64,000 nt of DNA from Calcarisporiella thermophila CBS 279.70 (GCF_041956535.1 NW_027192195.1:283807-347806); one strand, 5' to 3'; positions 1 through 14,381 are shown, counted from the first letter of the stretch. Translations and numbers: made by a program. Notes: generated by a model not told the origin, from the sequence alone.

Positions 1-634
1 GCTAGGGCTGTGGGATGTGGCTGTCACTTATGCCTACCCCGTCGAGGGCTCCCCCGATAACGTCGACGCGCGCGGAACATGCTTTTATGTCGAGAATTTC
101 CACTCGGTGAGTATATTCAAAAGACGCAGAACGCCAAGGCTGAAGAGGCCCCCGCTAACCACACAGCTCTCCCCTCGATAGGGCCTGGCCTACCTCTCCA
201 TGGATCTCCTCACCGACTTGTACGTCACCACCAGCATTTCCATCCGCCTGTTCCAACACCACCGCCACATGAAGCAGTCCGGGGTCGGAGCAAACTCCCT
301 CTACAGCGCCATCATCTCCTCTAACCTGCTGCGCACCGTGATCCTCCTTATGATCAACATCGTCAGCATCGTGCTAATTGCAATACCCAACTTGCACACG
401 GGGAGCGTGTTTGTATGGAGCTTCGCTAATATAGCCTATGTGATCACCGTCGTGTACGACTCCGATATGGTGCGCTTCTGCCAGCAACTGCAGGCGGAGG
501 TGATGGGGATTCGTTCCTCACGGCTGAACTCCAAGGGCGGAAGCCGGGTCGAGCACCACAGCGGCGAGGGTGCGTACGCCACCAAGGAGTCGCTTGCGGA
601 GAAGCTCAGCGAGGATATGCTCGATAGGGTTTAG
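1..634 (+). CDS. 3' part of a multi-pass membrane protein (GPCR/7TM-like), truncated by the window edge
   Basis: Frame 2 is open from position 2. An intron at 107-181 (GTGAGT..GCTAAC..TAG) joins it in frame to ORF 200..634. Several hydrophobic helices are followed by a polar tail. Confidence 0.6.
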
Positions 635-995
635 CCCCCGCACCTCTCCCCAGTATATTTAATATGTTTATTATCAACGTATATACGCTGTAATTGTTCG
701 CTAGTGCTGTATTTAATCGTCCATTCCTTTATTTAAATCCTCTTGCCCGCCATGACACTCTATCTTACTATTCACCAGTTGGGGAATGGGAATATTTGGT
801 TTCAACTAGAACGTAATAAATCCGAGTTTGTATGTGAATGGGTCAGTTTGTGGGGGGGTGGAATCGGGGTCCCCCTCCTCCCCCCCCCCCCCAATTCTCG
901 GGAAGAAGACTGGAAGATTCGGATCACAAAATTTTATGTATATGCAGGTATAAAATAAAAAGGGTCACACCAAACCACTCCTAGCAGAGATCCCC

Positions 996-2765
996 CTAGT
1001 ATGCGTCGAACTGCATGAGGTACCTTTATGAAAGGGAGCAAAGGGGTAAAATAAGCATCTGCTGCCGGTGTAGGCGGGGATAGATAGGCACTTACTTTTT
1101 ATACACGCACATCACCTTGGCGACGAATGCCTCCAAATGAAAAATGGCCTTTTGACCGCATTGCAGCTTGTGCTCCTATTATTTTTTTTTTATAAAAAAA
1201 ACATTGGATCAGAAAGGGGATCAGTTGCCACGGATAGACTAAACCAGAGCATACGTAGGCAGCCGCTTGTTTTGTAATTTCTCCCTTGAGCTCCGTGTCT
1301 ACTGTTGCTATGAGCTCAAAAGCCAGTGTCTAAGAAATCGACGGGAGGGAATTAGCTATTCGATCAAGATAAACAAGTGGTCTAACGAGGTGTACCTTTA
1401 AAATGATATTGGGAGGTATGCAATGGCACAATAATTCGTATAATTTTGCTCGCACCTGTGCTAGGCTATCAAACAAACAAACATTCATCAACATGATCGT
1501 ATAGAGGGCTACTTTCAGGTTTCACTCACCGTGTTGGGGACTGCTCTTTCACAATCATCTGTGCAATTTGCTTCACAAACTCTTCCCAGTCGTAGGGAGG
1601 GATCTCAGACCCGGGCTGGAGAACGCCGCTATATCGAATAATAAGTCATCGTTAGAGTGAGCGGCGAAGTACGGGGCAAAATCGAGGGCATAAGCAAACA
1701 CATACTGTTGCACTTTGGCAGCCTCCAGTGTCAGAATGGCCCGTCTTAAATTACGATCCGAAGTCTCTGCGATTTTATGGGCCACCTCACTGGGTAGTTT
1801 GAACCCCTCCTTCTTCGCCACTTGCTCGAGTACGGCCACAATCTATTCAAACAAGATAGATACACTGTATTAACAGGCATGTAAAAGAAAGGCTTTGCTT
1901 TAATTTCACTAATTACATCGGGCACTTCGGGGGCCGCCACTCGCACTAGGAGACACCGACTCCGGACCGGAGCAATTATCTTGCTAGTGCTGTTGCAGCA
2001 GAGAATGAGGCGCATATTGTTCATATACTTCTCCATGGTACGGCGAAGACCTGCCTGTGCATCGCGTGACAAACAATCTGCCTCGTTAATGACAACCACT
2101 ATCAAAAAAGTGTAAAATCATCAGCATTCTGATCTGCTGTGTGTGAACAGTGCCAGCTCAGATCTCACCCTTGAATCTCCTTGAGGCACTTGCATCAACT
2201 TGCTGAGTCTGAGCCATTTCCTTGATCAAATCCTGGACTACCACGCGATCATAAATACCAACATCACTAAAAGAAGGAATAATGAGAGTCATTACTATTG
2301 ATTCTAGCACTGGAATCGAAAGAAAAATCTACCTCGGGTTGACTTCCAAGTGATAATTGCTGGTCACGATATTCAAGTTAAGCTTTTTGTTGGAAGGGGT
2401 CACGAACACTCGTTGCTCTACTTTTAACTAAGAACAAACGATGTCATGTTAAACAATTCATTCTCTATTATGAGAAAACAATGCAAACCTTTTCCGCACC
2501 GGGTCCAAATATTTCACGTAAAATGCATGTGATGCGCGTCTTTTTACCTGCACCGGAGGGGCCGTACACAAGCATATGCGGGAAATCCCCGGATGCTGCC
2601 TATATATCGTCAACATCACTCTATTAAATGCCCTACACACGATGGAGATCGTGATCAAATCAAGAGGGATAGGCTTACCAATCTCTCCAAGTGCTCGGAG
2701 AGATGCTTATGGTAGTTAAGATCCTTTAATTTTGTCGGACGGTATTTGTCTACCCAGAGACTCAT
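996..2765 (-). CDS. RFC5: Replication factor C small subunit (yeast Rfc5 / human RFC3), multi-exon
   Basis: [11 protein letters not shown]-terminus; [16 protein letters not shown]-loop; [24 protein letters not shown]; SRC motif; RNLRRAIL; C-terminal [20 protein letters not shown]; GT-AG introns. Confidence 0.95.
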
Positions 2766-2774
2766 TGCAATGGA

Positions 2775-2890
2775 TCGCGCCGAAAAAGACAAAATAGAGC
2801 GCGAAATTTTAGCGAAGCCGCTGGACGCGTCTTTTTCCTTTTTCCTTTTTCCTCATACAAATTAAGCCACTAAAGTAGAATCGCGACATA
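2775..2890. promoter_or_regulatory. Cluster of G1/S cell-cycle elements (MCB/SCB/E2F-like) upstream of RFC5
   Basis: ACGCGT at 2825-2830; GCGCGAAA (reverse complement TTTCGCGC) at 2799-2806; further CGCG cores near 2776 and 2882. All lie within about 120 bp of the RFC5 ATG. Confidence 0.55.
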
Positions 2891-3723
2891 AATCATAGGC
2901 CAAAATATTACCACAGATGCTTTAGAAGACCTAAACTTGGATAAATCCAATGGTATGTTTCTATAAACCAAAAGTTATCCGCATATGCATGTTATGTATA
3001 TATATATATATATACGCATCCATAAGATGTCTATATTCAAAATATTGCAACCGCAAACACTATGTGGATTGAATGTGCATTATATTCACCTATCGATGCG
3101 ATGAGGAAATAAAACAACATGCTTATTATTTGGAGGAACAAGTGCCTAATAATAACTCTCTTATTTTGAGATGGACAGATATATACAGAGAAAGATCTCA
3201 TATGACTCTATGATAATGATTTAACCGGTGGTATTCAAAATGAACTCTGTTCGACCCACTTTAGGCTCCAACTCTTCATTTGAAGCATGTCACCCCAAGA
3301 AAACTTGGTGCTAATGAAGAAAAGCTTCGCCAAGACCTCAAGATGACTAGAGTTTATTGAAAGTTAAAGGCAAATAAATTGGGTCGGATTTAATGTTAAG
3401 TTAGTACTCTTGTGTCTTTTCATCTCATGACTGTGCAGTTGTCGGGAGCTTTGTTCACAAAGTTACCAAAAAACACATGCTAAATATAGACTATTTTCAT
3501 CACGCTTAGCAGCTTAATTATACCGGAATGGGGGATGAATACGAATATTACTTTTTATAGATTGGCCGGTATCTCTGGTGTTGATTCCTCTCCTCCATTT
3601 CCGCCTTGAATCGAAGCCGGTCTAATTAAAATAGATTGGTTTGGAAATAAACCAAAATAGAACTGTGCTATTACAAAAATACAAACAATGGCTCAACAAG
3701 GGTATTGTGGTATAGGTGTACAA

Positions 3724-5147
3724 CTATTTCTCTAAAAGGCATGCATCCAAGTGTTCGTTCATAATTACAATAGGCACCTGCTTCTCGCATACCGGGCATG
3801 CGCCAGTTTTCTCTTCTTTCTTTACGTTCTCTCCTTTCTTTACGTTCTCTCCTAAGTTCACCACATCTGTCCTTGAATCCTCCAGCACTCTTTTACCTTG
3901 CCCTTTAAACTCCTCCTCGTCCTTCTTGTTTATTTTTACCCTCCCTATTAAATATTTTTCCAGTGGCCCTACTCTCGAATTAGAGGGCAAAGAAGCTGCC
4001 GTGGGCGGATCTTTGCGTTTCTTGTTCTGTAAAGCAAGTGTTTTATCCGGTCCCGAGATTTTATGAAAATTGCCGCCACACGCGCTTTGATGTTCCGCAT
4101 ACCAGGAATCGGCTGGTTGCGGCGGACGATTCATGGAGCGCTTGCAGATACCATAGTATGGTGGCTTGTTCCTACACGGTCCGTCGCACTTCCAAACGTG
4201 AACACGGTAATGATCCACCTCATCATGAAAGCTAAATGAAGGCTAAGATCACTGTTCTTCTAACCAGGTGACAACGGTCTGCTTCAACTTACTTATGATG
4301 GACGGTAATATTGACGCCTGCCTACATTTCAACCATCAGTTAATAAAGATACGGTTAAAAATTGGCAGTAACAATTCGGGCTTAGAGAATTATATCTACT
4401 GCTTTATTGATACGCTCGGCATGCCTAAGAAATTCGGGCCCATGTGAATCTAGAAGGTAAAGTTATCGCAATTCATTAAGTGGTTTTTGAAGATGGTTTA
4501 AGAGGGTCGGTGTACCATGATCTGCGTCGTTGCGCGTTACAAAGAGAAACGCGTGAATCATCTCATGCAAGAGCGTTTCAATCATATCGATCCTGCTACG
4601 GAATTTTAGAAGGGGCTCCGAGAGCCTGATCGAACAGTAGCCACCAGACTGGTAGTAGCATTTGCCGGCACTAGAGATGTGGTAAGCGCGATCAAAAATG
4701 CGGATATAAGAGAAAGCTGCTGGAAAATAAAATTTACCAAAGTGTCATTTTATTGGACCAGCGTACTTCTATGCTGTCTAGTAATCCATCGAAATAGAGT
4801 CGGTTGAAATACAGGAAAAGCTCATGAAGATCTGGGTTAGGATCAGCCAATTCTAGGTCAGGGGCTTGAAAATGTTATTTAGACCAACAGCACATGGGTT
4901 AAAAAACAAGAAAAATACCAAAAGAGTTGACGGGAATGGGATCTTTCGTAGATTCTACTAGCTCTTTCATTTGAAGTTTCCGGGCTAGGTCTTCATCCAT
5001 ATGCTTCTGGTCTCGAAAGGGGAACTCGACGGGGAGCTGGGGTAGAGTGGAATTAGCGGAAAAATTGCTGCTTTCCCCCATGTTTTTCGATTCTTCTCCC
5101 TGTAAAAGCTGAGCTAATTTTTCATCATCGCTTATCGAAGTGTGCAT
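3724..5147 (-). CDS. SPRTN: SprT-like (Spartan/DVC1) DNA-protein crosslink metalloprotease with C-terminal UBZ zinc finger
   Basis: Spliced exons give DPNPDLHELFLYFNRLYF, VRWSNKMTL, HEMIH (HExxH), HVWKCDGPC..PPYYG..KRSMNRPP..W...H...CGG and CPVC..MNEHLDACL. Confidence 0.9.
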
Positions 5148-5340
5148 TCCGTTTTAAATTAATCGAGAGATTCAGAATAAAAGTTAAATCTCATATAGAA
5201 ATCGGAATGTTATTTCGCCACCACCTGTGACTTTCAAACCAATTTAACAGTGCAACAGTACAAAGTCGTTAGGAACTGGAAAAAAAAATACAGTCCAAAC
5301 TTGATGGGGTTTCATTGAACATTAAAATTGGGTACAGGGT

Positions 5341-6528
5341 TCATCTACTCAAAGAAAACACACTTTCACTCACGCGGACATAGTAGACTATTTCTCGAAA
5401 ATCGATCCAATGTACTGCGAACTTGTCATTGCTTACATGAATTACTAACAAAAATAAAGTCAGCACTGGCTCAACCTCTTATAATCTACTCTAAAGAACT
5501 TGTTTGAACCTACCCTCAATATTCAAAAAGCATTCATCGATAAAATGAGGTTCCGCACATTGCCCTCGGCCTTCATACACATTCATCCCCTCAAATTCTT
5601 TCTCACTTGCAACTCGAAGCGGTTTGTGCATGAAGGCTATCCAGCTGACTTCCCCACGAGGTACGTTGATATCCCCAGTGATCTTTGAGGCGTAGAGTTT
5701 CTTGCTACCCTCATAGTAAGTCATCAATAAAAATTCCATTCCGTGGCCATCGTAATCTCCTACAAACAGGCCTTGAAACATGCAGTCGGGTTGGGGAAGT
5801 AATCGTTTGAGATCTAATCGGGCATATCGTTCGTGTCGGACAAATGATTGTCTTGGCGATCGTATGGACAAGGCGAAGCAATCATTAATAGGTTGCTTGT
5901 CGCTACCCTCATCGCACAGTTCGTATTCGTCCCTAGCTGAGTAAGACTCTCGGCTAATCCATAATTCGGTTTCTATGTTTGAGTAGAATTTCGCTCGCCG
6001 AATAGCCACATTGCCCTCTTGTTCAAGCATTGGACGTGTATTGCAAACAATCTGACCCGTAAGCGGGTGTAATCGGAGAAAAAATCGAGGTAATTGTCCA
6101 TACTGGACATCCACGTGCCTAATTCTGACGCCTGGATCCAAAGACCATGGCGTGGATCCATGGACTTCATTATTGGCAACTAATCTCATCCCGGTAATAG
6201 CACCTTTCGTCATGTCCCACACGACAAATAAAAATTCACCTCGGTATTTTAAGTCGCCACACCAATGACCAATTAAAGAGCCGTATCTATGCAACAGCTT
6301 GGCGTAGAACTCTCGAAAACATTGGAAAGGAGGCCCAAGAGTGTTGAGAGTGGGGTGCAATTTCTTACACAGCTCAGCCCAGAGTGTGTCTGTGCGAGTG
6401 AGGTAAGAGAGATGGCGACACGTACTTGACATTTGAACTAGAGAGGAAGCATCGAGGAGCGTGAGAATATGATAAATAATCTCTTCCGGAAGACATAGTA
6501 AATTCTTTTTTATATCTGACGTTTCCAT
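5341..6528 (-). CDS. F-box protein (FBXO31-like, with a DUF3506/cyclin-D1-binding-like C-terminal domain)
   Basis: F-box LLCLPEEIIYHILTLLDASSLVQMSSTCR; C-terminal GLFVGDYDGHGMEFL..KITGDINVPRGEVSW. One intron near 5446-5514; last exon ends SR*. Confidence 0.8.
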
Positions 6529-6706
6529 TAACAAATGTCGAGGTGGAGGACTCTCGTGGGGGAAAGAAAGCCGGAATCCATTTTGGTAGAAAATATTCAA
6601 AATGGAATTGCTAAGCCACCTAATGTCGTCTTATTTACACTCTTGGTTTTCATTTGATTCAGCATTGAAGTCTTCCGAGTAGATCTTGGCCAAGTTTGAA
6701 TCCAGC

Positions 6707-7118
6707 ATGGTTGTTCGCATCCGTTTTGCTCGAATTGGTGGACGCCGGAATCTACCTCATTTTAATATTGTAGTAGCCAATAATCGCGCACGTCGCGATG
6801 CAAAACCTCTGGAGACCCTAGGATCGTATAGCCCCGTGCCCGATCAACAAGGAATAAAGCACGTTCGACTAAATATGGATCGCACGCGCTACTGGGTGTC
6901 CGTTGGAGCACAGCCTAGCGAAAGTGTTGCGCGCCTGCTGGCAAAAGTAATTTCGAAAGCCCTTTTCTCATTCACATTTGTACTGTATGGCTTATTCATC
7001 TGCCATTTTGGCTTCATTTTTTTTCTTTTTCCTTTAGGCTGGTATTCTGCCCACTCCACCTCGCGCGACTGCTCCAACTCCCTCTCGCTCCACATCAGAA
7101 CAACCAAATTCGACATAA
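6707..7118 (+). CDS. MRPS16: Mitochondrial ribosomal protein S16
   Basis: [50 protein letters not shown]; intron 6947-7037; exon 2 starts AGILP. Confidence 0.93.
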
Positions 7119-8654
7119 ATTGGCTTGCTGTTTTATATCTTCATTTCAGTTGTTTCTCCTAATTCCTGAACAATATTTCTTTTTATTTTTTCCTATGTAT
7201 CTTTAATGGTTATATAAAACATGATTATAGACTCTATTTTTATGTGAGAAGAGAGGATGCAGCCGAATGCGCGCAAGGGTTCTGTTAGGGCTAGATATGG
7301 ATTCGACATTGTGTCGATAATGAAAATGAAAATTATATCTGCAATAACTCATGGGAAGAGATTCTCTTCAACAATAAAAAAGTAACAAGAGCAATTACAA
7401 TCGGGGAGCACCTCAAAGTCGTTTATTTTGAACCGGGATCGAAATATGGATGAATATTATGCATTTTTTTTTTTGATCGAGATTTGGTAGAGTTATATGA
7501 AAAAAAAATTTTTTTTGCAGATTTTGATGGTGAATATGCTAAAATAATATTTGGAATAAATATTATTATAGGCCAAGCCGCTTCATTTCTACAGGGATTT
7601 TCTTCTAGCATTCTTATTCACTTATTGCAAAAATGAAGCAAAACACACTACATAGTAGATATAATGGATTTGGTAGGGAAAAAAAAAACTGTCCGGAATG
7701 ATGATGCGTTCTTAGACGGTGATCTTAACGTGGGGAAAATGGAAAATTTGCTCGTGCGAGCCGATCCCTGACCTTCTATGGACCCAAAGTTCCATTCCGG
7801 TTGCTAATGAAAAAAAACAGTCTAAAACTTTGATTTTGGGCTAGAATGATAGCGCGGATAGAGAAGCATAGCCGGAGTCATATAAGCAAAGAATGCATGT
7901 AAATTGTAATCTCAACAAATATCCTCTCCATAGCATCTAGGCCACGCTTATTCCTAAAGCTGTCATGCGATAATCCTTTTCATGTTGGCATATTTCAAAA
8001 AAAGGATACCCTGAAATCATTCCCGTACTTTTTGGGATACATTTTTATATAAAACCTCTTGTCTTGGTCACTTTTTTTTTCTGTTTTTCCTCCTTCTGCT
8101 CTCTCTATTTTATATCGCCATCGAACGTTGTAATTATTATTATAATCACTCTCCTAGGTGTTAAGGGTGCCGTATCGCTATACATTGTGTTCCCCCCCGC
8201 TCCTCCCTCTTCACCTATCTGAACCAACGCGCTCCTCCCTGGTTCATATTAATTCTCATCCTCCCTACCTATTATCGTTGCAGATGGCCATCGTGTTTAT
8301 TTTATCATAGGATATTTTATTTCTTAATACTCTAATTATTTTTTCTTATTTCTTTAAATTTCAAAAGGGCACTCCCAAGTTTTTTTTTTTTTTACTATTA
8401 TATACCCTCAAACAGCATACCCTCACTTCGTTTTTGAGCATTGATTATCCAAGGTATACACATCTTATATATATATACTTTTTCTTTTGTTTATTTTTAG
8501 AGCATATCTTTACTCATTATATAGAGTTTTTTTTATACACATTTTCATAAAAACCTCTCTAGAACCTCTATCATATTCGTTTTCTTTTTTTTACATACCC
8601 CCTCCCCCTTAAGTGTATCTTTTCAAGACGGAACAACTTCGAGAAAAAAGATTC

Positions 8655-11600
8655 ATGCTTGGCGCAGTCGGACACCCACAGCGACTTACCGCTGACCACT
8701 CGCACCAGCAGCAACAAGGAGCCAAACCTCCCTACATCAAAAGCTCAAATCCGTCTGCACCCCTCTTCGGCGACTCCATCTCTACTTGCAAGGATTCTCT
8801 TCTACGCCACCGCTCATCCTTCCCCGATCTTAGTGGCAAACCGCCTCCACAGCCGCAGCAACCGCAATCCATGGAATGCCTTCCTCCCCCGCCGCAACAG
8901 CAACCAAACCGACGATCCATTGACGTCGATCCCTACGCATTTTCCCTTCTGCCCAGCCCCGTCGTGGGCGATGAACAATACTCGCCTTTGTTCACAAGTG
9001 AATCGTTCTCACGCTCTCCAGCCGCAACCCCCTCTACCCCCACTCTTCCCACCTCTGCTGACCAAATGGTTCATCCCCTGCAGTCCCATAATCATCCAGA
9101 GTCCACCAAGCCTCCACTCTCCAAACATCTGAGTCTCCTTCCACGAGTGGATCCCGAGACCATTGTCAACAGTCTCGGAATTGCCACCCAGGAGGGGATT
9201 CTAGGGATAGGACGCCGTCGAAGTGCCGACTCCTTCCGGTCATTCTACTCCAACGAAAGCAGTGGAGCCAACAATGGAGGCATGGGTAGTGGAGCTTTTG
9301 GGGCAAGTCCGAGTAGCAGATCCCCCTCCGTATCCTATTTTCCATACATGGCCAGCACGCAGGGATCCACTGAGCCATCGACTCCCAATCTAGATTGTGG
9401 TGATTTTGATACCCTACCCCCCAATGTTGCTCGGATGAAGCTGGTGGAGAGCATGAATACGGTAACACAGTTGCGTTGGCAACTCAACACCGTCAATGTC
9501 GAGTTGGAAAGGGTAAATATTTTTCTGTCTCGAGCTACTCTTTGATCAATCTCAGTTATCAAACTAATCTATCCTTTGTGTTTTAATAAACCATCGTAGT
9601 ATCGCCAGGGATGCTCCACATTGAACCAAACTCTGCACTCCAAAGAAATGGAACTGCGTGACCTTCAGGCTCAATTTGTGATCGCCCAACAACGTCACGA
9701 GAAAAATACTTCCCTTCTCACCTTTAAGGAGAAGGAGATCACAGTATTACAAAAGCTGCTGGAGAAGAGTCTCTCCCGTAACAAGGGTGGTGAGAATACC
9801 CAAACACCAGCAGATGATGAGCTGGAGGTGGAAGAAACGGAAGCCATTCGGCAGCTGCGCCAGTTATTAGGAGAGATGAGCAACATTGATGCAGCAAGGA
9901 ATGATTCTGAGTTGGAGCGAGAGATCACGCGGTTGAGACAGGAACTAGCAGATATGGGAAAGCGAGCAGGAGCTCAGACTGCTGAAATTGAGGAAATGAG
10001 AACTAAACTTGCGCGAGCAATGCAAGAAGTGGGGATGCGCGAAAGAGAGGTAGAGCAGCTTCGAGCAGAGCTGAGCCGAAGAGGAAGTGCTCCGACTCAA
10101 TCCTCGTCAGTTTCCTCTGTCCCGACTCCTGTAGGTAGAGGAATGAACACATTGAGCACAATCGGAAGATCAGTTAGCGATTTTGGAGAAATGGACACAT
10201 TTGCCGAGCCAGAAGTGCTCACGCGCTCAAAAAGCGGACGGTCGGCATCTACAATCAGCACTGAAGAGGTAAGTTTCAACATACATAGAATTTCGGCAGG
10301 TGTCTAATTTTTGTTGGATCTACAGCTCTCTACAAATCGATTGTCCGGTCCGATTTCTGCTTGTCAACAAGAGCGAGGTCACTTCCGTAAGGCGCTGGAC
10401 AAGCATACTAACGCGGACTGGCAGGTAATATTTTCTGTTCTGTTGTGACGAGGCAATGTTCAAGCGCTTATACTTTCTTCTCCCATATTCTCACATGTCC
10501 AGTTATGCGTTGACCGCATCATCAATCAAACTGACCAGCAAGCGTCCATCTTTCTTCAGCAGAAGCTCAAGTGTGTTCATGGAGAACAGAAGCAAGCCAT
10601 TTTTGATGCTATTCTTTCTCAGGCATATGGTCTAATGACGAATCGGTTTGGGAACTTCCTGGTGCAGCGCTGTTTCGAGTTCGGCAATGAGCAGCAGGTT
10701 CATGCAGTTGCCAATTCGATGCGTGGCAATATTCTCTCTCTCGCATGCGATCCATTTGGATGTCATGTTGTGCAAAAGGCCTTAGACAATGTGGATGAAG
10801 CAACGAAAACTAGCATGGTGACTGAAATGTTCCGCAAGATCCCTGAGACCATTACGCATAAGTACGCAAGTCATGTGTGGCAAAAAATATTTGAAATTCG
10901 GTGGTCTTCGTCGCCACCAGCCGTCATGACCTACGTGAATAATGCGATAGCAGGTTCTTGGCATAAGGTCGCGTTGGACGAGACGGGGAGTTTGGTTGTT
11001 CAGAACATTTTCGAAAACTGCTCCGAGCAAGACAAGGTAGGCAGTGCATCTGACTATTCATATCGAGATGATTTTTGATTTACCCCAATATGTCTCTTTC
11101 TATAAGCGCTCTGTCATTCATGAGGTCCTTAATCACATTGTTTCGATTTCTAAAGGCCAATGGGGCAATTGGGTTATCCAGCACATCATCGAGCACGGGG
11201 CAAATCAAGATCGAGAGAAGGTGATGCAGACCATCCTGGAGCAAGTTGTCTCGCTTAGCATGGACCAGTATGCAAGCAAGGTGGTCGAGAAAGCGCTCAA
11301 GACCGGGAGTGAGAGCGTGATGGAAAGCTTTATCCAAGAGGTATTGCGCCCTTCACCAGACCGGTAAGTCTACACTCTAATACCATCTTGCTGCAATCGA
11401 ATACTCAAACGTTTCATCTATTCTTGCCAGTCCGCGTATTCCCCTCATAGATATTGCCTCCGACCAATACGGCAATTACATTGTGCAGTTTATCCTCAAC
11501 AACGCCAATGAGCGCCAGCGTGAAGTGTGCGTGCAGCAAATTCGGAAACATATGGTCAGTTTACGTGGAAGCAAATATGGCCAGAAGGTTGCATTTGTCG

Positions 11601-11668
11601 TTGAAAAGCTACGACAGATGGGGCAACAATTGCCCAGTGGTGCAAGGACACCAAGTGATAATGTTTAG
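8655..11668 (+). CDS. Pumilio/PUF-family RNA-binding protein with a low-complexity and coiled-coil N-terminus
   Basis: PUF repeats DQQASIFLQQKL, NRFGNFLVQRCFE, DPFGCHVVQKAL, HKYASHVWQK, DETGSLVVQN, GQWGNWVIQH, DQYASKVVEK, DQYGNYIVQF; 5 GT-AG introns. Confidence 0.9.
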
Positions 11669-12138
11669 AGTATGCCCAGTAGTTAACCTTTATTTTCCTT
11701 TCAGCTCTTTTTTTTTTTAAGGCTTCACTAATTTTGCTGGATCTCTTTCTTCTATTGCTTTTTTTTATCATTGATTTTTGCAATACCTAAATTTATTATT
11801 TTTTTCGTTTTCTCTTGCTTTTAATCAATAATTTTATCCTAGTTTTTTTCTCTATTTTTTTTCTTTATTCAAACATTTTTTTCTTCATTTTATTCTTTAT
11901 TTTTTGAATTTTATTTTCCATTGTGTTTGAAGGAGAAGAAAAAAGAGGAGCTCTATTGAAATAAAATAAAGGTGTTTTTTAATATGCAGTTTATTGGCTA
12001 TATCTGATGGCACAAGATTTGGGGAAAAGCGAGTTGCCCGATTTTTCCGAGTGTCATTTTTACTCAACAAATATCGAATAGTATTTCACTTCATGGCGAA
12101 TTCTCAAAAGTTTTAATAGAACCACTCATTGGATAATC

Positions 12139-14281
12139 ATGCTTCTCATTCCCAAAATTTATCAACGCATTTCGCCCCACAGTGCAACTGCACATTTCTT
12201 TAGGAGTACTGGCCGTCATTTTAACACTCGTAGTTCTAGAGTACTTGCGCAATCCACGTATGAGATACTCGATAAGGGCTCGGGTGAGGATGGGATAAGA
12301 AATTCAAAAAACATTTGTCCATCACCTTTTTACAACCAAGGTAAAGACCTAGCGCCGTCTCCTGGCGTGTTTCCCCCGAGAATAGAAAATTTCATATCGT
12401 TATATCTTATCACTTTCTGAGTTGTATTAATAATATCTTTAATTCGCGTTGATTTTTTTTAGGCACCGCCACTCCCATCCACTTGCGGTCCCACTTTCGA
12501 CTTCATGGACACCTCACTTCAAAAATTGAATCCCCCGCTCTTCAAAAGGAACGTGCCCGAGAATTTCTCAGAACAAAACCTACGGCACTAGAAAAATACG
12601 TATTTCTCTCGTGGCTTCGCAATACTAATACGCATCTTTTCTATCAGTTGCTACTCGAGAATTTCGAGGAATTGCTGCCAATTGTCTATACTCCAACAGT
12701 GGGAGAGGCTTGCTTGGAATTCTCACGCGTTGGACCTTTTTTGGCCCCACCAGGAGTGCCCGATGGCCTATTTCTCTCGCTCAAAGATTTACCAAACCTC
12801 CGGGAAATAATACGAAATTACGCACCGTTTCCCCCAGATCCATCTCTCACACCCCAGATTGCTGTGATAACGGACGGTTCGCGTATCCTCGGTCTAGGCG
12901 ACCTGGGCGCTAATGGAATGGGGATCGCCGTAGGAAAACTTCAGCTTTATGTTGCAGCAGCGGGAATCGACCCTAGACGGTGTCTACCCATTTGTATTGA
13001 TGTCGGGACGGATAATGAAAAATACTTAGCCGATCCTCTGTATCTTGGGCTTCGTCAGAAAAGGTAGACTAGCTCAGCAATGCTATTTGTTTATTTTTGA
13101 AATCACTAACATATCTACTATTATTAGGCCAAATGATAAAACCTTCCATCATTTCGTTGATCAAGTATTGAATGAAATCTACGCGGCATATCCTAATATC
13201 TTAGTGCAATTCGAAGACTTTTCCTCTGAACACGTAAGTCTCCTTTATATGTTTAACCCCCACCTTTGATTTCCCATTTTCGACGCATTTTCTACTTCTC
13301 TAGGCATTCTCCCTTCTTGAAAGTTATCAACACAAACACCTCTGTTTCAACGACGACATCCAGGGAACTGGCGCAGTCATCCTTGCAGGGTTTTTCAACG
13401 CCGTTCAAAACGTTGCCTCGCACGTTTCCCCAAAAGATCATCGTATTCTCTTCTTCGGAGCCGGCTCAGCAGGAGTGGGCGTCGCAAAACAACTTCTCAC
13501 CATCTTTGAAAGCCAGGGAATGTCAGAACAAGAAGCACGTGAACGCATCTGGCTCGTCGACTCCAAGGGGCTGGTTACAGTGGAACGTGGAGACAAGCTT
13601 GCGGCTCATAAAACCTATTTTGCAAGGAGAGAGAGCATCGGAAAGCAGGTGCGTAGCTTGTTGGAGGCTGTGGACTATGTCAAACCCACAGCGTTGATAG
13701 GCCTCTCGGCGGTGCGCGGTGCTTTCGACAAAAGCATACTGCGACGCATGGGAGAATTAAATGAGAAGCCGATCATCTTTCCCCTGTCAAATCCACTTGA
13801 ACGTGCCGAATGCACCTTCGAGGAAGCCATGAAATATACAGATAACCGAGCCGTGTTCGCATCAGGTACCAAATTCCCACCCTATCGGGTCCCAGACACA
13901 AAGCAGGAGCTCATCGGGGGTCAAGGCAATAACCTGTACCTCTTCCCCGGCTTGGGACTTGGGGCCATCCTGTCCAAGTCGGTCCACATCTCCGATGGAA
14001 TGATTAATGTCGCGGCAAAGGGCCTAGCACAGTCGTTGACACCTGAGGAAAGGTACCAGAAGGTCTTGTTCCCCTCCCTCACCCGAATCCGCAGAGTCTC
14101 TGCCGAGGTTGCCGCTGCAACCTGTATTGAATCGGTTCGCGCAGGTTTGGCGAGAGATCCAGAGATACACCGCCGTGTGCAGGGGTTGCTGGAGCGTCAT
14201 ACCGAGGCGGCGTGGAATAGCCTAGTAGAGTTTGTAGAATCAAAAATGTGGAATCCATGGGACGGATATGGGATGAATTAA
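12139..14281 (+). CDS. Malic enzyme (NAD(P)-dependent), with a probable mitochondrial presequence
   Basis: LPIVYTPTVGEAC, VITDGSRILGLGDLG, QFEDF, FNDDIQGTG, FGAGSAGVG, FPLSNP..AECT, QGNNLYLFPGLGLG; 3 introns. Confidence 0.95.
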
Positions 14282-14381
14282 GTGTGTGAGCAACCAAAAG
14301 AATGGGGCTCAAATTTAAATTCAAGATATAATTCAATATGTAATTAAAAGAATTAAAATAAGATTTTTCATCAAAATGAAC

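Noticed and set aside
3181-3200. ACAGAGA box as U6 snRNA
   Set aside because: The flanking conserved U6 sequence (AGATTAGCATGGCCC) is absent.
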